Source: Takakia lepidozioides (Eukaryota > Plantae > Bryophyta). Taken from it: 64,000 nucleotides of DNA. The stretch lies in NCBI GenBank assembly GCA_030704615.1, contig CM060731.1, forward strand, positions 13,082,001 through 13,146,000, written 5' to 3'. The translations under genes were made by a program, and so were the position numbers. The notes below the pieces were generated by a model. The model searched no databases, had not been told where the DNA came from, and saw nothing but the letters and a program-made list of their open reading frames with translations. Each line of letters starts with the position of its first letter. Position 1 is the first letter of the stretch. Positions 40,890 through 53,161 of the stretch are shown piece by piece.

Positions 40890-42030
40890 TATTGAAGATG
40901 CTACAAGTTTAGTTTAGTTTTCTTTATGGATTGAAGGTTGCTGAGACAGGTGAACAAAACTGCTCTTCTGACATGAACAATATTTTTTGAATTGATGCTC
41001 TTGCTATTCTCATGTATGATCACAAGATCCCCTTGTTCAAAGGCAACTTCATTTTCCCACATCAAGCCAAATTAAACTTGTGTAGACATGAATGTGGTAT
41101 TTTGCTGGTTGTTTGCTATATTTAATATTAATAACATTACTACTGGTCAATGTGGTTCATAATACAATTATTATCCATGTTTTAAATAATCTTTTGTTTA
41201 AATGAAACAAAACAAATCAAAATTCTAAAACAATAATATATTACATATTAAATCAAGCAGCAATGGCTTTTGGGGTGCTATCCCATTTATTATAAGAATA
41301 ATAATAATAATAATATGACTATTCATTTTGGCATTTGTCAACAAATAATAATTGTTTACTTTTCATCCAATAGGAATAAAACAGTGGATGTGACAGTATT
41401 CACACTAGTGTCATTGCGATCACACCACGACTTGAACCTGGTGTTAAATCTGTGTGAGAGAGTCCGTAAGAAGAGCCCTTAATATCTATTATTTATTTAA
41501 TAATTCTGATGGACTCTATTACGTGGCATTCCCTTTGACATACATGTGGCAAACATGGTGGCGCCGAGGTGTAATAAGTACCGTAGAAAGACCATTAAGA
41601 TTACTTAGTCAAAATAGTAGTTGAACTAACCAGTCAAAATATCCGTCAAAAGAGCCACCTAAGCCTACTGCCACATCAGGTGCAAGTTTGGTGTGAGATG
41701 GTTTTTTTCACAGGACCAAGAAAGTTCACATGTGGTGCAAAGGACTAGGTTAACCTAACACCAAGGGGGGGGTGTGAACTTGCGCTTTTTTCACACCAAA
41801 ATGTGTGAGAAGAGGCGTTAAAAAAACCAGTTTCTGTACTAGTGAGGCCGAGTCTGGTGAGAGGGCAAAACAGGCTGAAATAGGTCAAAGAAGAAGGTGC
41901 CCTCACCACATTGTCCTGACCTTGTGTCATGACCCAACTGAAGTGAATCACACAGCAAATCCATGTACTGACATTGCCAAATGAAGGAAAGTTATATGGG
42001 CCCAGGTTTCTGTGCAAGGAAGATTGTTAC

Positions 42031-42114
42031 CGTGCGAAGCCCAACCACTTCAACTTCCTCGCCAACTTTAATTATCCCCTGTTCCACACACCCTGTGACC
42101 ACTGTTCCACGCCC
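42031..42114 (-). pseudogene. Isolated exon of nuclear-encoded organellar (mitochondrial-like) EF-Tu
   Basis: AG|[28 protein letters not shown]|GT is the EF-Tu domain II motif bounded by canonical splice sites; the conserved Arg is replaced by Cys; no other EF-Tu exons are nearby. Confidence 0.85.
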
Positions 42115-43432
42115 CTGTACATTCACATACCCATATGTAGACCAGCATCATCAGTGAAGGAGGGCACATAACAGCATCATGTCGACTACATTTCATCTTC
42201 ACACTTTCTTTTTGTCTCTTCAAATATCAAGATTGTCCACATTCATCAATGTCTTGCCAAAGCACAGATGATCGAGAAAACACAGAATAATTTCAAAGCA
42301 TACACCGCATGACTGTGCCATACCACAGTGTTATAGAATACGGACTACATGTTTGCCTATGCATGTCCAAAAGAAGGCACACATTACATTACATAGATCA
42401 AAGTGAAGATCTAGACTCCTTACCATATTTGTTTGCTAAAGAAGGACTTGGAACATTGGGTGTCCAAGTTTACGTACCACTGGAAACAAAGCACCAGCAA
42501 AACTCTGTAAGGTACTTCAAACACTATCCAAGTTGAGAATCCCTTTCTATGAGTTATCGCACGCGGCTTGAAACAAACAGTCGCAACTGTTCAGTGCTAA
42601 TCTGATAAGAATAATTGATCATCATGTTGGCCAGGGAGGTCTACAGATTAGAATAATAGTGTAGAAAGCTGGCAAACCAAAACCATGATAAGCTTTATAA
42701 CATCCATGAAAGTCCAACAGTAAAGCAGAAACCAGACCAGAATCGCTGCAGGGAGAGAAAAAAAAACAAACTGGATGAGTCCACAGGGACCACAGGTCCT
42801 ACAGGACAAAATAGAATAACAAGAAAAGCCCATCAATCAGTTGTATTCAAGAGAAAAGAGAGAGAGAGAATGTGGAACAGACAATCTCGTTGAATAGCTG
42901 ACCTTGGGTATCAAAGCATCAGAAGGTCTGGAGCTGGACTTCGAGCTGCTGGAGCCCATTTATCTCCCACCCAAGTGCTGACAAAACCGACTCTCTCCGA
43001 TTGAGCTTTCCGCGGACGTTAGAAAGTACCATTTCGTTTCATTTTATTTCATTTCCCTACCTGAAGTTCATCAATATTTGAGTGGCCACTTCGAACCAGA
43101 CAATCAAAGAAAGGAGGTAAAAACTGAAAGCACTTGATCGACATATCTGCACATCCATATGATATTCCTGTTTGTGAGTGCTTGTATCCAGTTTATCCTC
43201 GAAAACATCAACACAAGCATCCAAAAACTGAGTCATCCCACCTACAAACAAACAAGACGACCACAGTGCAGCTGAGCGAGCAGAGATTGAAACACGACCT
43301 GCTAAGACCAAGCTGACTCTCCAAAAACCTTGTAAACAACAGGAAGAATACCAAATCATGGTACTAATAGTCGCCAAGAGCCCACATTTGCAAGATGGAC
43401 AAACTTCTTCACATTGTACATTGAGAAAAAGC

Positions 43433-43542
43433 CACACCTTGCGACTGCGGTTGTCCATCGTGAAGGTGGCTAGCCGCTTCCCATAGTAGTCGATGGCCAC
43501 ATCGTGCACCACATCTTCATGCCCCGATTCTAGGGTTTGAGT
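43433..43542 (-). pseudogene. SEC13: SEC13-like N-terminal WD40 fragment
   Basis: TQTLESGHEDVVHDVAIDYYGKRLAT matches the SEC13 start motif GHED.VHD..MDYYGKRLAT; homology stops after about 35 codons. Confidence 0.8.
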
Positions 43543-44149
43543 CCTTGCATCCTAGTTCATTCATCCTAATTTATCCTAGCTCACTCATCCTAATTCAAAC
43601 CGAGTGTGAGGACAAATAAACCTAATAACGGCAAATGGGTGGGCCGCGGAAGAGCCACATGAGCCCGAGTGTTTGCTTTACGTGAGGCAAGTAGAAGGAG
43701 AAGTCAATAGGGAGTCGAGCCCAGATTGGATCAAGGGGATCTTGGAGAAATACCAAGATGTGATGTCGGGGCAGTTGCAGGGTTGAGTGGACAAAAAACG
43801 GCAGATCCTGCTCCATGAAAGTCCATGACCAAAAAAACAAAGTTGAGGATACTATCCCAAAATATTTTTTAAGTGATAGATAATGGTATACTGAACATAT
43901 TTAGTAAAGAGTCCTATCCCAAATATTAAAGATAATTCATTAAATATTTTAGTATATTATTTAGAGAAATTATGAAAAACTAAAAATTAGTGTTTACAAA
44001 AAAAATTCAATATGACACCTGGCCATTGAAGATTATAGGTTTTTATACTTCTAGAAAAAAAATGACACCCAAAATCCTAAAAACAAGATGAGCTATGGAC
44101 TTTTAAAAAAATGCCTATTTTTTTGACATATATTAGTTCATATGAACAC

Positions 44150-44500
44150 CTTTTGTGGCCAAGCTTTTGCCGAATTGAAGCACCGGATGGCGAAAATCCC
44201 AGTTTTGAAGAGAGTTCGACCGTCCGTTTGAGATTCACGCAGATGCGTCGGACTTCGCGATTGGGGGTGTGTTAATGCATGAAGGGCATCCATTGGCTTA
44301 CGAAAGTAAGAAACTGAACTAAGTGGAGCGACGGTGGCCTACGCATGAGAAAGAAATGAAAACAGTGGTGCACTGATGTGGCGCTACTATGTTGGTTCCA
44401 ACCCGGTGAAGATGTTCACGGACAATGTCACGGTGAAGTATTTTGCCACATATCATAAGTTGTCCCCAAAACAAATTAGGTGGCAAGACACTTTTCGAGC
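44150..44500 (+). mobile_element. Ty3/gypsy RT-RNase H remnant
   Basis: PFEIHADASDFAIGGVLMHEGHPLAYESKKL*...WPTHEKEM...FTDN...LSPKQIRWQ, with stops. Confidence 0.9.
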
Positions 44501-45120
44501 TTTTGGTCACCAACGGGCTTGCACTGTTCTTGGGGTTACTACTCTATATAATTTTGTAGGTGTCCGCAGGGGTTTCACAACCAGCCAAATCCAAAATTGG
44601 TGCACCACCACTAGCTAGACCCTTGACTCCCTGTGATGAGTTGCGGTGAGTCTTGGCCTACCCACCACAATTCCAATGGACGTAGTACGTGAACAAAAGC
44701 ACGTCACTTCCGCGTTAGCCCGCACTACAAGGCAACCCCATCGGTAGCGCAGTTATAGTACGCGCACGCGCCAGGTGCGCACTAGTACGTGAACTCCCAA
44801 AGAATATGCAAGTTTCATAGCCCCTTAAATATGAGTCACCCGATTTCGGCACTACGCAAACACACGACTTGTCCAATTTATCTCTTCTTATTTTTGTAAG
44901 TTAGCATGCATTTTACATACTAGCCAACCACGCCATGCATCACCATTCCAGACAAAATATGAAACAACACATTTGGAAATGATTTCTTTATAAACAAGAT
45001 TTGTACAACACAAGTCTTTGCAATCGGATTCATGAGCTAGCTAAACCGGACTAAGCATGTCATTTCATCTCCCACAATCCAAAGTTGATGTCCCCATCAA
45101 TGCCTCTTCAGCTTTTGAGG

Positions 45121-46860
45121 TCACCCTTCGAAAGCTGCAACCCCCTCGGGTGCGTTTCTCATTTCTGAGGCCCGCACCCAAGTTGCCTCTACTTGTTGAT
45201 AGCCCTTCCATTTCACGAGATACTTTGTTTCTCGATTCTTGAACCTCCTCGACTCAAGCACTGCCTCCACCTCGAATTCCGGTTCATTTTTGTGATCCAA
45301 CAGCACATGCGGCGGACGTAACACTTGATGCCGATTCGGACGCGCTTCATCTTTGAAGTAAGGCTTCAAGAGCGAACGTGGAATACTGGATGCACTTTAC
45401 TGTTCGTCGGCAACTCCACCTCATACACATCCTCATTCATCACCTTCCGGATGCGAAAAGGTCCCGCATACGGAGGTACGAATTTCGGACTCACTTCCGG
45501 AGGTAGTAAAAAATTCTTGATGTTTAACCACATCTCCCTTCCAGCTTCAAATTGAATTTCCCGCCAACTCCGGTTAGCTTGCCTTTCGTAGCGCTTCCTA
45601 GCCTTGACAATGTTGTACTTTGCGCCCGGGGAAGTCACTTCCAAAAATTTCCAGCCGACGTGTAAAAAAGTATAGGGTGCAATTTATTCAGAAAAGAGAA
45701 AAATCAGAAAATATTTAAAACTAATAAAGGGTACATTATATTGTGATCAGGAAATTTAAATTGATATAGGGTCTAAAATAATGATTCATTTTTATTTAAA
45801 AAAATTACTATAGGGTTGAGATAATACCTATGAAAAATTCCAAAAATATATCCATGTTCTTAGGGGAAGGATATAGATATTTGTATATAACTTACTGGTA
45901 AAATGGTGGCTAGGTAGGATTCAAAAAATGAAAATGTGGGGGATATCGCGACAGCCTATTGATCTCCTAAATGACTAACCACACCAGTTATGGTGTTATT
46001 AAACTACTTCTCAAAAGCTAGAGGACAATTTAAATTCCAAATATGATCATATTGACAACAAGTGAGTAGATATAGGCTCAATTATTAGTTCAGTCACAAA
46101 CCCTTTCGATAGAGCGCAAAACATTTTTCTTTGAATGCTGATGATACAAATGCTTTATATGAATTTATTCCAACCAAATAAATTGGTTGAAATATTTGTT
46201 TGAAATAAAAAAAATTATAATTAAAATAAGATGTAAAAAATTCACCATATTATAAAATTATGTAATTATAGGGTAATAATAAATATCCAAAAGTCCATGA
46301 TGTTTGAAGACGTGGGCGAAGTAAAGTCGCCTCGTCTCCTGTGCCATTGCCGTCTCCTTGGTAGGGATGAAATGACCCATTTTACTGAACCTATCCACCA
46401 CCACCATGATTGCATCGAATCATTTTGACAGCGGCAAAGCAATCATAAAATCCATTGAGACACTCTCCCAAGACCCCTCTGGAATCGGCAAAGGTTGTAG
46501 CAGCTCCGCTTGCTTTTTGTACTCGCTCTGATTTTGCTGGCATGTGGTGCGTGTCTTGACATACTCCTCAGCCTCTTCCCTTAGTTTGGTGTAGAAATAC
46601 TCTTTCTTCAAAAGTGTCACGGCGTCGTGGGACGTAAGCGGGCCATAATGGTATTATCTCAAGAGACCATATCTGAGCCGTCCCTTCAACACGTACAGGC
46701 GTTTTTGCTTGTACCGGAGCAGTCCATTGTGCAAGCGGAACTGCGACTTAACCCCCGGCCTCAAGTCCCGCATTACGGACTTCACCATCTCATCCTTTCG
46801 GTAAGTCTTCCGGATCTTCCTTTGCAGCTTCGTCTCGCCTCTGAATATCCCCCCAAACAA
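45121..46860 (-). mobile_element. Gypsy integrase and chromodomain remnants (inverted), with an AT-rich insert at ~45645-46290
   Basis: LLQPLPIPEGSWESVSMDFMIALP; GPF motif YAGPFRI...KVHPVFHV; chromodomain EFEVEAVLESR...KYLVKWKGY...TWV. Confidence 0.9.
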
Positions 46861-46942
46861 AAAGAGACAACAAAATGTTTAGGGTTATAGGTATTGAAAC
46901 TGAACATCTACGACAAGGGCAGTTCGCTAGGGCTCAGTTTTT

Positions 46943-47170
46943 CGTGCGAGCCGGAAAGCAACCAAGGTGTCGGACTACCAACTACCAAAAGGAATTTTCA
47001 CTAGCCCCAAAGTGGTGGATGGTCTTGTGGAGGAGTAATGGGGACCGTTATGCCCCGGTTAGCAGCCAAAGCTCCGAGTTGGCCCGGCGGCCGGTCTGGG
47101 AGTTAGGTGCGTACATCAAAGCGAGTAACTATAACTTAAAAGGGGAGTTACAAAAGTGAGGTGCGCGATA
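46943..47170 (+). repeat. 3' portion of the 3' LTR
   Basis: Aligns with 26312-26554 and is followed by TAGAG. Confidence 0.85.
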
Positions 47171-47739
47171 TAGAGCTTCTCCCCTTGCGAGTGCTGCTCT
47201 TTTTTGGAGGTGGGCTCTACCAAAAGGGACCTACCTACAAATGAAAGACAATATGAATAATATAAGAACTTAATGAGAGTGACATGGAACTGAGGGAGTG
47301 TAAACTCCAAAACTGGGGTTACACTGGGTTACACGACGAGGTGTGTAACTCCATTCGGGGTTACACAGAATGGATTGTAACTCCACTCGGTGGAACTCAT
47401 GTGTATCTGGTAATACTTGCACTCAAACACTAGGCTATATCTCTCCTCTAGTGCCTTTCGTGCTTAAAGACATTGTTGTTCTCCGGAAGTATTTTGGGAA
47501 GACCTCTAAGCACTATGGTAAGAAATGCCAGACCCTCATGTGACATCTCCTCAGTTTTGAGTTGGAAATTGATATTGATTTTGACGATATTCTCAGTGAA
47601 ATTTTCTGTCGCACTTTCACTTTTCTCTTCCTTCCACAATGAATATTGTTCACGCGTGTAATGGTTTGTGTTTTTATTCAATGGAGCGTTTGATCTTGCA
47701 TGTGTCTCGTTTATTCGTTGTACAATGCAATGGTTATGA

Positions 47740-47935
47740 TATATTGTCACTCTTGAGGAGGGGGGGTCTCCCGTGCCTCAATATATTGCAGTTTTTTCTT
47801 CGTGCATGGATTGTATTTATGGAAAGTAGCTTGTTTATATTGTCACTCTTGAGGAGGGGGGGTGATCTCCCGTGCCTCAATATACTACAAATTTTTCTTT
47901 GTGAGTGGATTCTATTCATGAAAAGTAGTTCGTTT
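47740..47935 (+). repeat. ~98-bp tandem duplication containing the TCTCCCGTGC motif
   Basis: Two units ATATTGTCACTCTTGAGGAGGGGGG..TCTCCCGTGCCTCAATATA...GAAAGTAG. Confidence 0.8.
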
Positions 47936-49884
47936 TGTTTTGCATCCCAGGGCATAAAGCTGTCCGCCTTTGATATATATGCAAGTTTTAGGGTCTCAGT
48001 TTTCTATGTATATTGAGGTGCATTCCCTATTGACACTTATTTGGGACATGGACGACAGGAGATCTGCCTACTTTCCTCGAATATGCACGGCCTTCCTATA
48101 TCTGAGTAAAGGGAGAATCACGTTAATGACATAATACCTCATGAAGCCTCATCTACTGTGATCAGAGAGGTCATTTACTTCTTTTTTTTAAAGTATATTA
48201 TTGGGAACAAATCAACCAAAGTATCTAAATCGCCTATTAACCCATAAGCGACTAGACCCGCTTTTGGATTTTGGGACAAAATCGGGACCTACCCTCGCAC
48301 GTCAGCCTGTAGCTACCTACCCCCGTTCATCCGCGTAGATGAACCGTACAAAGTCATACCTACCTACCATATGCGCAAGCACTCCAAATTTGGGGAGATT
48401 CCACCGTTTTGTTTGGGAGATTCTAACAATTGAAAATAGTGCATTTTCTGGAAAATGAAAAAAAAAACCAAAACTTCATGTTTGACCAAGTAAAAAATCA
48501 ATGTTGCAAAATTTTGTTGGGAGAAAAAGTGACATATTCTAGTGTAGTGCTACATCCCAACCCCTGACGCCAAATTTCAGGTGAATCTGTCAAAATTTTG
48601 GGGGTGCTTTGTATGTGAAATCTGGGGGGTAAATTGTCATTGTTTGGCTTTTTCCCCAAGTAGAGCCATGACATGATATTTGTTTTCTAATTCCTCTGGT
48701 AGGTAAGAGCACACTAGCATTACACATTACACAGTGCCTTGCCAAAAACATTTGGCATTTTGATAAAATCTGAGCCCTAGATGTTGTTTTCAAGATTCCT
48801 CATTTGGCTTGCTACATAGGCAAGTCAATGCTGAATTTGCACTTTTGAAAAATTCTAGGGAGGACAGCTTTTAATATTTGAGGGCGCTTTAAATTCGCAC
48901 TTATGCTTCTCCTTAACCCCCTCACTTTATCTTTGGGACCAACCTCCATCCTCACATACAGAGGAGGTGGACCTGGTGCCCAACTGAAGCGACCCCAATA
49001 GTGTTAATTTTTATCTATTATGAATTGGTATATTATATATTTGTTATTCTTAATTTCTTATGATATGTATAATTCTTATTTCTGGACTTTTGAAAGTCCA
49101 GATTTACTTAAAACTGAGTTCCTTGACCAGATTAATCTGCATGCAGGAACACTATGTTAATGAGATGGTGGGGCCCACCATACCAAGGCAGCTAGAAATT
49201 AACTAGAAATGAACTTTGTTCTTATTTTGAGAACTAACATATACATCAATTAAACTTATATTGTGCCGGTGGATTAGTAGCCTAGGTGGGCCTGACCTAT
49301 GCCTTATACATACCTCATCACATGAGATGGATGGACATGATGCCATTGCATGAGGTCATGATGACATGTATGCATGTGTACTTGCATGGTCTGATGATCT
49401 GGTGTGTCGACGCCCTTCATGCCCTTCAAGGGATATGATACACAAGGCATCGAGGGGACAGAGCCCCCAGACTAAATCCCTGGCCCACACCCTAAAAGTA
49501 TTTTTCCAAGTCCTGGGACCCATCCCATCATTCCTGGCAAAGCATGCCACAAAGGCCACATGGGTTAGCCCAAATCAAGAAGGGAATGACCGGATTTAGC
49601 CACATCAATGCAGGGGCATCAAGTACTTTAGCCACACTAATAGTTATATTTTGATCCCAAGATAACTACATGTGACTTAGAGCAGGTGATGTGACCCCTC
49701 CCCTTATTCACAAAGTCCTTCCCAATCATGGCTCACATGTGAGGAGCCTGGTCTTTGACCTCAAACCCTTCACACCCATGGGCAAACATAACTGGGCTTC
49801 AACCTTATATGGGCAAGCAAGCCAAATGATATTAGAAACTCCTTGGGCGGTGTTCCTAGAGCCTTGCACTCGGCCCCTCATGGC

Positions 49885-50320
49885 CAGGTTAACCATGAAA
49901 GAGGTTATTTTCTCCTCTCACTATAATTAAGGGGCCTGATTTGTGGTTGCTACCAGGTAATTCCCTTTATTATTATTAAAAAAAAGAAAAAGAAACACAA
50001 TGCCGATGCCTATGAATGTGACCTCTAAAATGGTAGCTGCAGTGTATGTTGTGGAGGGTGTTATGGTGGAGAGGGTCAAATGCAAAGGCTTTATGGCCCT
50101 ACCACACCATTTGGGTCAATTTGAGGAACAGAAAAGGAAAAGTGCATAAAGCCCCTACCAACTGCTCGATGGGAGTGAGTACCTAATAATAATCTCATAC
50201 ATCAGTCATGTTTAAGTTTTCAAAAAACTAATTTTAAAGGGAAACACCTGGGAGCGACAGCTCACAAATCAGACCCCTTAATTATGTGAGAGGGAAAAAT
50301 AACCTCTTTCAGAGTAACCG
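49885..50320. repeat. Inverted repeat pair (~75-bp arms, ~270-bp spacer), possible MITE or foldback element
   Basis: 49896-49968 matches the reverse complement of 50235-50311 (GAAAGAGGTTATTTT..CCTCTCAC.ATAATTAAGGGG.CTGATTTGTG...CCAGGT..TTCCCTTTA). Confidence 0.75.
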
Positions 50321-51028
50321 GCTTTCGCATGGGACACTGCCCAAGAGGTCCATGTTGTGACTGAGCGAGTGATAAGTAAACATATTTCAAGGAACATGGG
50401 AAGATTGGTCTATCTTTGTGCACGAACTAGTGCACAACCAAAATGTGGTGGTTGTTGTTTGTTGGACGAATCTTGGTCTGTGGAGGAGGAGGAAGAAGAC
50501 TCCCTAGTAAGAGCCACTTCGCCTTAAGGCTACTGTCTCCTCTTGGGGGGGGCATGGTATGTGGATAGTGTAAACATGGTGCATTACACATAAAAATATG
50601 AGAAGGATGACGCAGAAGGAAGCGTAAATTATGGTGCTTTACAAGACTTTAGGCAATGCTCTAAAGTCATTTCAACAACTTTATTTGACTTCTCGTTAGA
50701 TGTCCTTTCAAGGGGCGAAAAAGAGGGAAAAAGAAAGGGAAAGGAACAAGTGTCCGACTGTTGATGTAGACTTGTCAACCCAGAGACCTGAGTTTGACCG
50801 TCTCCTCCTCCCATACAGAGTGCCTGAATGAAAGGGGCCGCTAAGAATGATTTTGACCCGTGGTGTCAGTGCATCCATGGTGAGTCCCCACCCATAGATG
50901 TAGGACAGTGGTTGGAGACTTAAATGATCCAGCACAACCCCAATCATAGCACAGGATTCTCTTTACTGCATCTGCCCTCCTTTTATGGCATACCTGCCAT
51001 CAGTGCCGGCTCCCTATATGTGTTCTTG

Positions 51029-51129
51029 GGGTCGTTGGGATGTCTTGATTCTGGAGGGAGCAAAAAATATTTTAGCGCTTGGGTCGTTGGGATGTCTTGA
51101 TTCTGGAGTGAGCAAAAAATGTTTAGCGT
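51029..51129 (+). repeat. ~52-bp tandem duplication
   Basis: GGGTCGTTGGGATGTCTTGATTCTGGAG.GAGCAAAAAAT.TTTAGCG occurs twice. Confidence 0.85.
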
Positions 51130-53161
51130 CTGATGGAGTTCCTACCATGTAAGGTACAATGGCTTCATTGATGGACTGATGGTGGAAGTTTTATTAGTTA
51201 ACTATCAGGACCAAATTTAGAGGCACGTTCACTCATGCAGATACATAGCTGTGACACGGAGCTGGACCCACCCTATTATAACTACTCTGCTGCTGCCGAT
51301 CCAAATTATACCGTTGCTTTCATGCACTCCAGAGGTGCATTATAACTGTTACTAGTTAGTACCTTCATGGTTACTTACAGGCTCATCAATTTTCATTCAC
51401 TGAGTGATCCACTCATCTAGTCTATCAGTGCCTTTACGTTAATATATATATGTGAAGCGTTTGTGTGCAGTGACAGATGTTCGCACTTGTCTTCCTCTAA
51501 CTCTATTCTTATATCACTACTTGTCCTATTGGTCGGAGTGAAAAGGTGAGGGAAACACCCCGGGTGGCCAGGTGAAGGATGTCAGAGTAAATGACGTGTT
51601 GATTTTGAAGAGTTATTTCTAGGCGGCCCTTCAAGGGAGTTATGTAGCATCTGCAGGGCTGTTTGTTGTAAGTAGGCCCTTGAGTGCAGTGTGAAGAGCA
51701 GCCCAACAACACAAATCCTTTTTGTAGTTTTGCAGGGCACTTTCTGCAGTAGTTCAAGTGATTTTGAAGGGAACCTTGGGCTCAAAATTCAGTGACCATA
51801 ACCCCAGTGACAAATTGGGCCATACCCATAAATCAACATAGACATTGGGCCTGCAACCACCTTCCGCTCTTCAATGTCAGTTGACTCTGCAGAGATGAGA
51901 AAATGGGTGACGTGGCCGCACTTAGTGGCACCCCATCAGTGCCTCTGCTGTCAGCTCTTGCCTGCCTGCAGTTTCGTTGATTGGACAACACAGCATGAAA
52001 GGTATAATTCAGTTCACATATATAGCTACTGTTTGACTTTAAAAGGATCCATCATCCGGGAGGTAAGTAGGTAAGACCTCCATTCCTGGATGGATGGGAG
52101 CGAATTGGGTGTTTGATGTGAATGACATGGGAGAACTGGGTGCCAGCTAGATAGTCAGGACTCAGAATGGACGTAGTAACATTTCTGCTATTCTGACTGT
52201 CACATAATGCCCCTTCATTCAATGAATCAATCAAAGACAACTCCTAAATATGTACTGAACTTGCTTCCCTTCCACTTTTTTTTTTTTTTTTTAAAGAAAA
52301 GGGACAGAAGCCCTGTCCACTCTTGTCTCAACAACAAATCTGGCAGTTACGTAAGACGTTGAATGTTTTGAATTCTATATCTATTTTTCTCTAGGGAAAC
52401 CTGGGGGAAGAATGAACAATGAACCCCCTTTTCATATAAGCTATGAAGCACGATGGGGAATCGTGATTCTCTCTCAGTTTTTCCGTGCCCCAAAGAGGCG
52501 AATCGTCCACGGCCGTCCACGTCGAAGCCCACGAGAAGGGGACGATCGTCGAGGAGAAGGGATTGGAGCAACGATCGTGGACGTGCGCAATTAACCAAGT
52601 TTAGGGCGCTTGAATGGCGATAGTTGGGCAGCCGCGCGGTCAGCCGCGCAGGGCCCAACCGCGGGTGGGCATGCGGGGAGGGAGAGGGGGGAGAGTTAGA
52701 GCGCGATTAGGTGGAAAGCGCGTGGCGTCTGAGCGATTGATGTGTGTGGGAGAGACGAGGAGGTGGGCATGCACAAAGCTCTGGCTCTGCTCCACAGCTC
52801 AAAGGAGCCTTGAGCAGCTCGAGAGGTAGTCCAGCAAGTCGCAATTGTGTTGCAGTTGCAGGCCAAGCTGTAATCGCTCGCATATATATACTGAGCTGGG
52901 AACTAACGTTGTTGGTTCTGCTCAGCTACGGACAGCGAGGAGTCTGTGGAGCAGGCGGGCACAGTATCGAGTAGAGCTAGTACTTTCCGGGACATGTAGG
53001 AAGACAGTTGTGAGCGACATTGTTATGTATGAGCTACCTCTTTGGTTCCTGGCTATTATCAGAGGATAAGGGACTTGCAGCAGAGGATAGATTTCTCTGG
53101 CTGTATTGTGGACACATTCAACAGTTGTGGGTAATCTTGACAGAGTCTGAAGTGACGTACT

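Larger units (their letters stand above)
29076..41844. mobile_element. Full-length CACTA (En/Spm) DNA transposon, 12,769 bp
   Basis: TIRs CACTACTACAGAAACCGGTTTTT and reverse complement CACTAGTACAGAAACTGGTTTTT (2 mismatches in 23); 3-bp TSD AGG at 29073-29075 and 41845-41847; TTCACACC-type subterminal motifs. The flanks rejoin into one host repeat unit. Confidence 0.95.
25815..47170 (+). mobile_element. Ty3/gypsy chromovirus LTR retrotransposon, degraded, hosting nested insertions
   Basis: 5' LTR 25815-26554 (TGTCGC...GCGACA); PBS TGGTATCAGAG 26557-26567 (tRNA-iMet); gag start ~26610; RNase H ~44150-44500; integrase and chromodomain 45121-46860 (inverted); 3' LTR pieces at 44497-44680 (inverted) and 46943-47170. 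TAGAG flanks both outer ends (25810-25814 and 47171-47175). Confidence 0.75.

Noticed and set aside
48531-48549. ...TAGTGTAGTG as the missing right end of the CACTA starting at 26767
   Set aside because: It lies outside the gypsy TSD, is not followed by AGT and does not match that TIR well.
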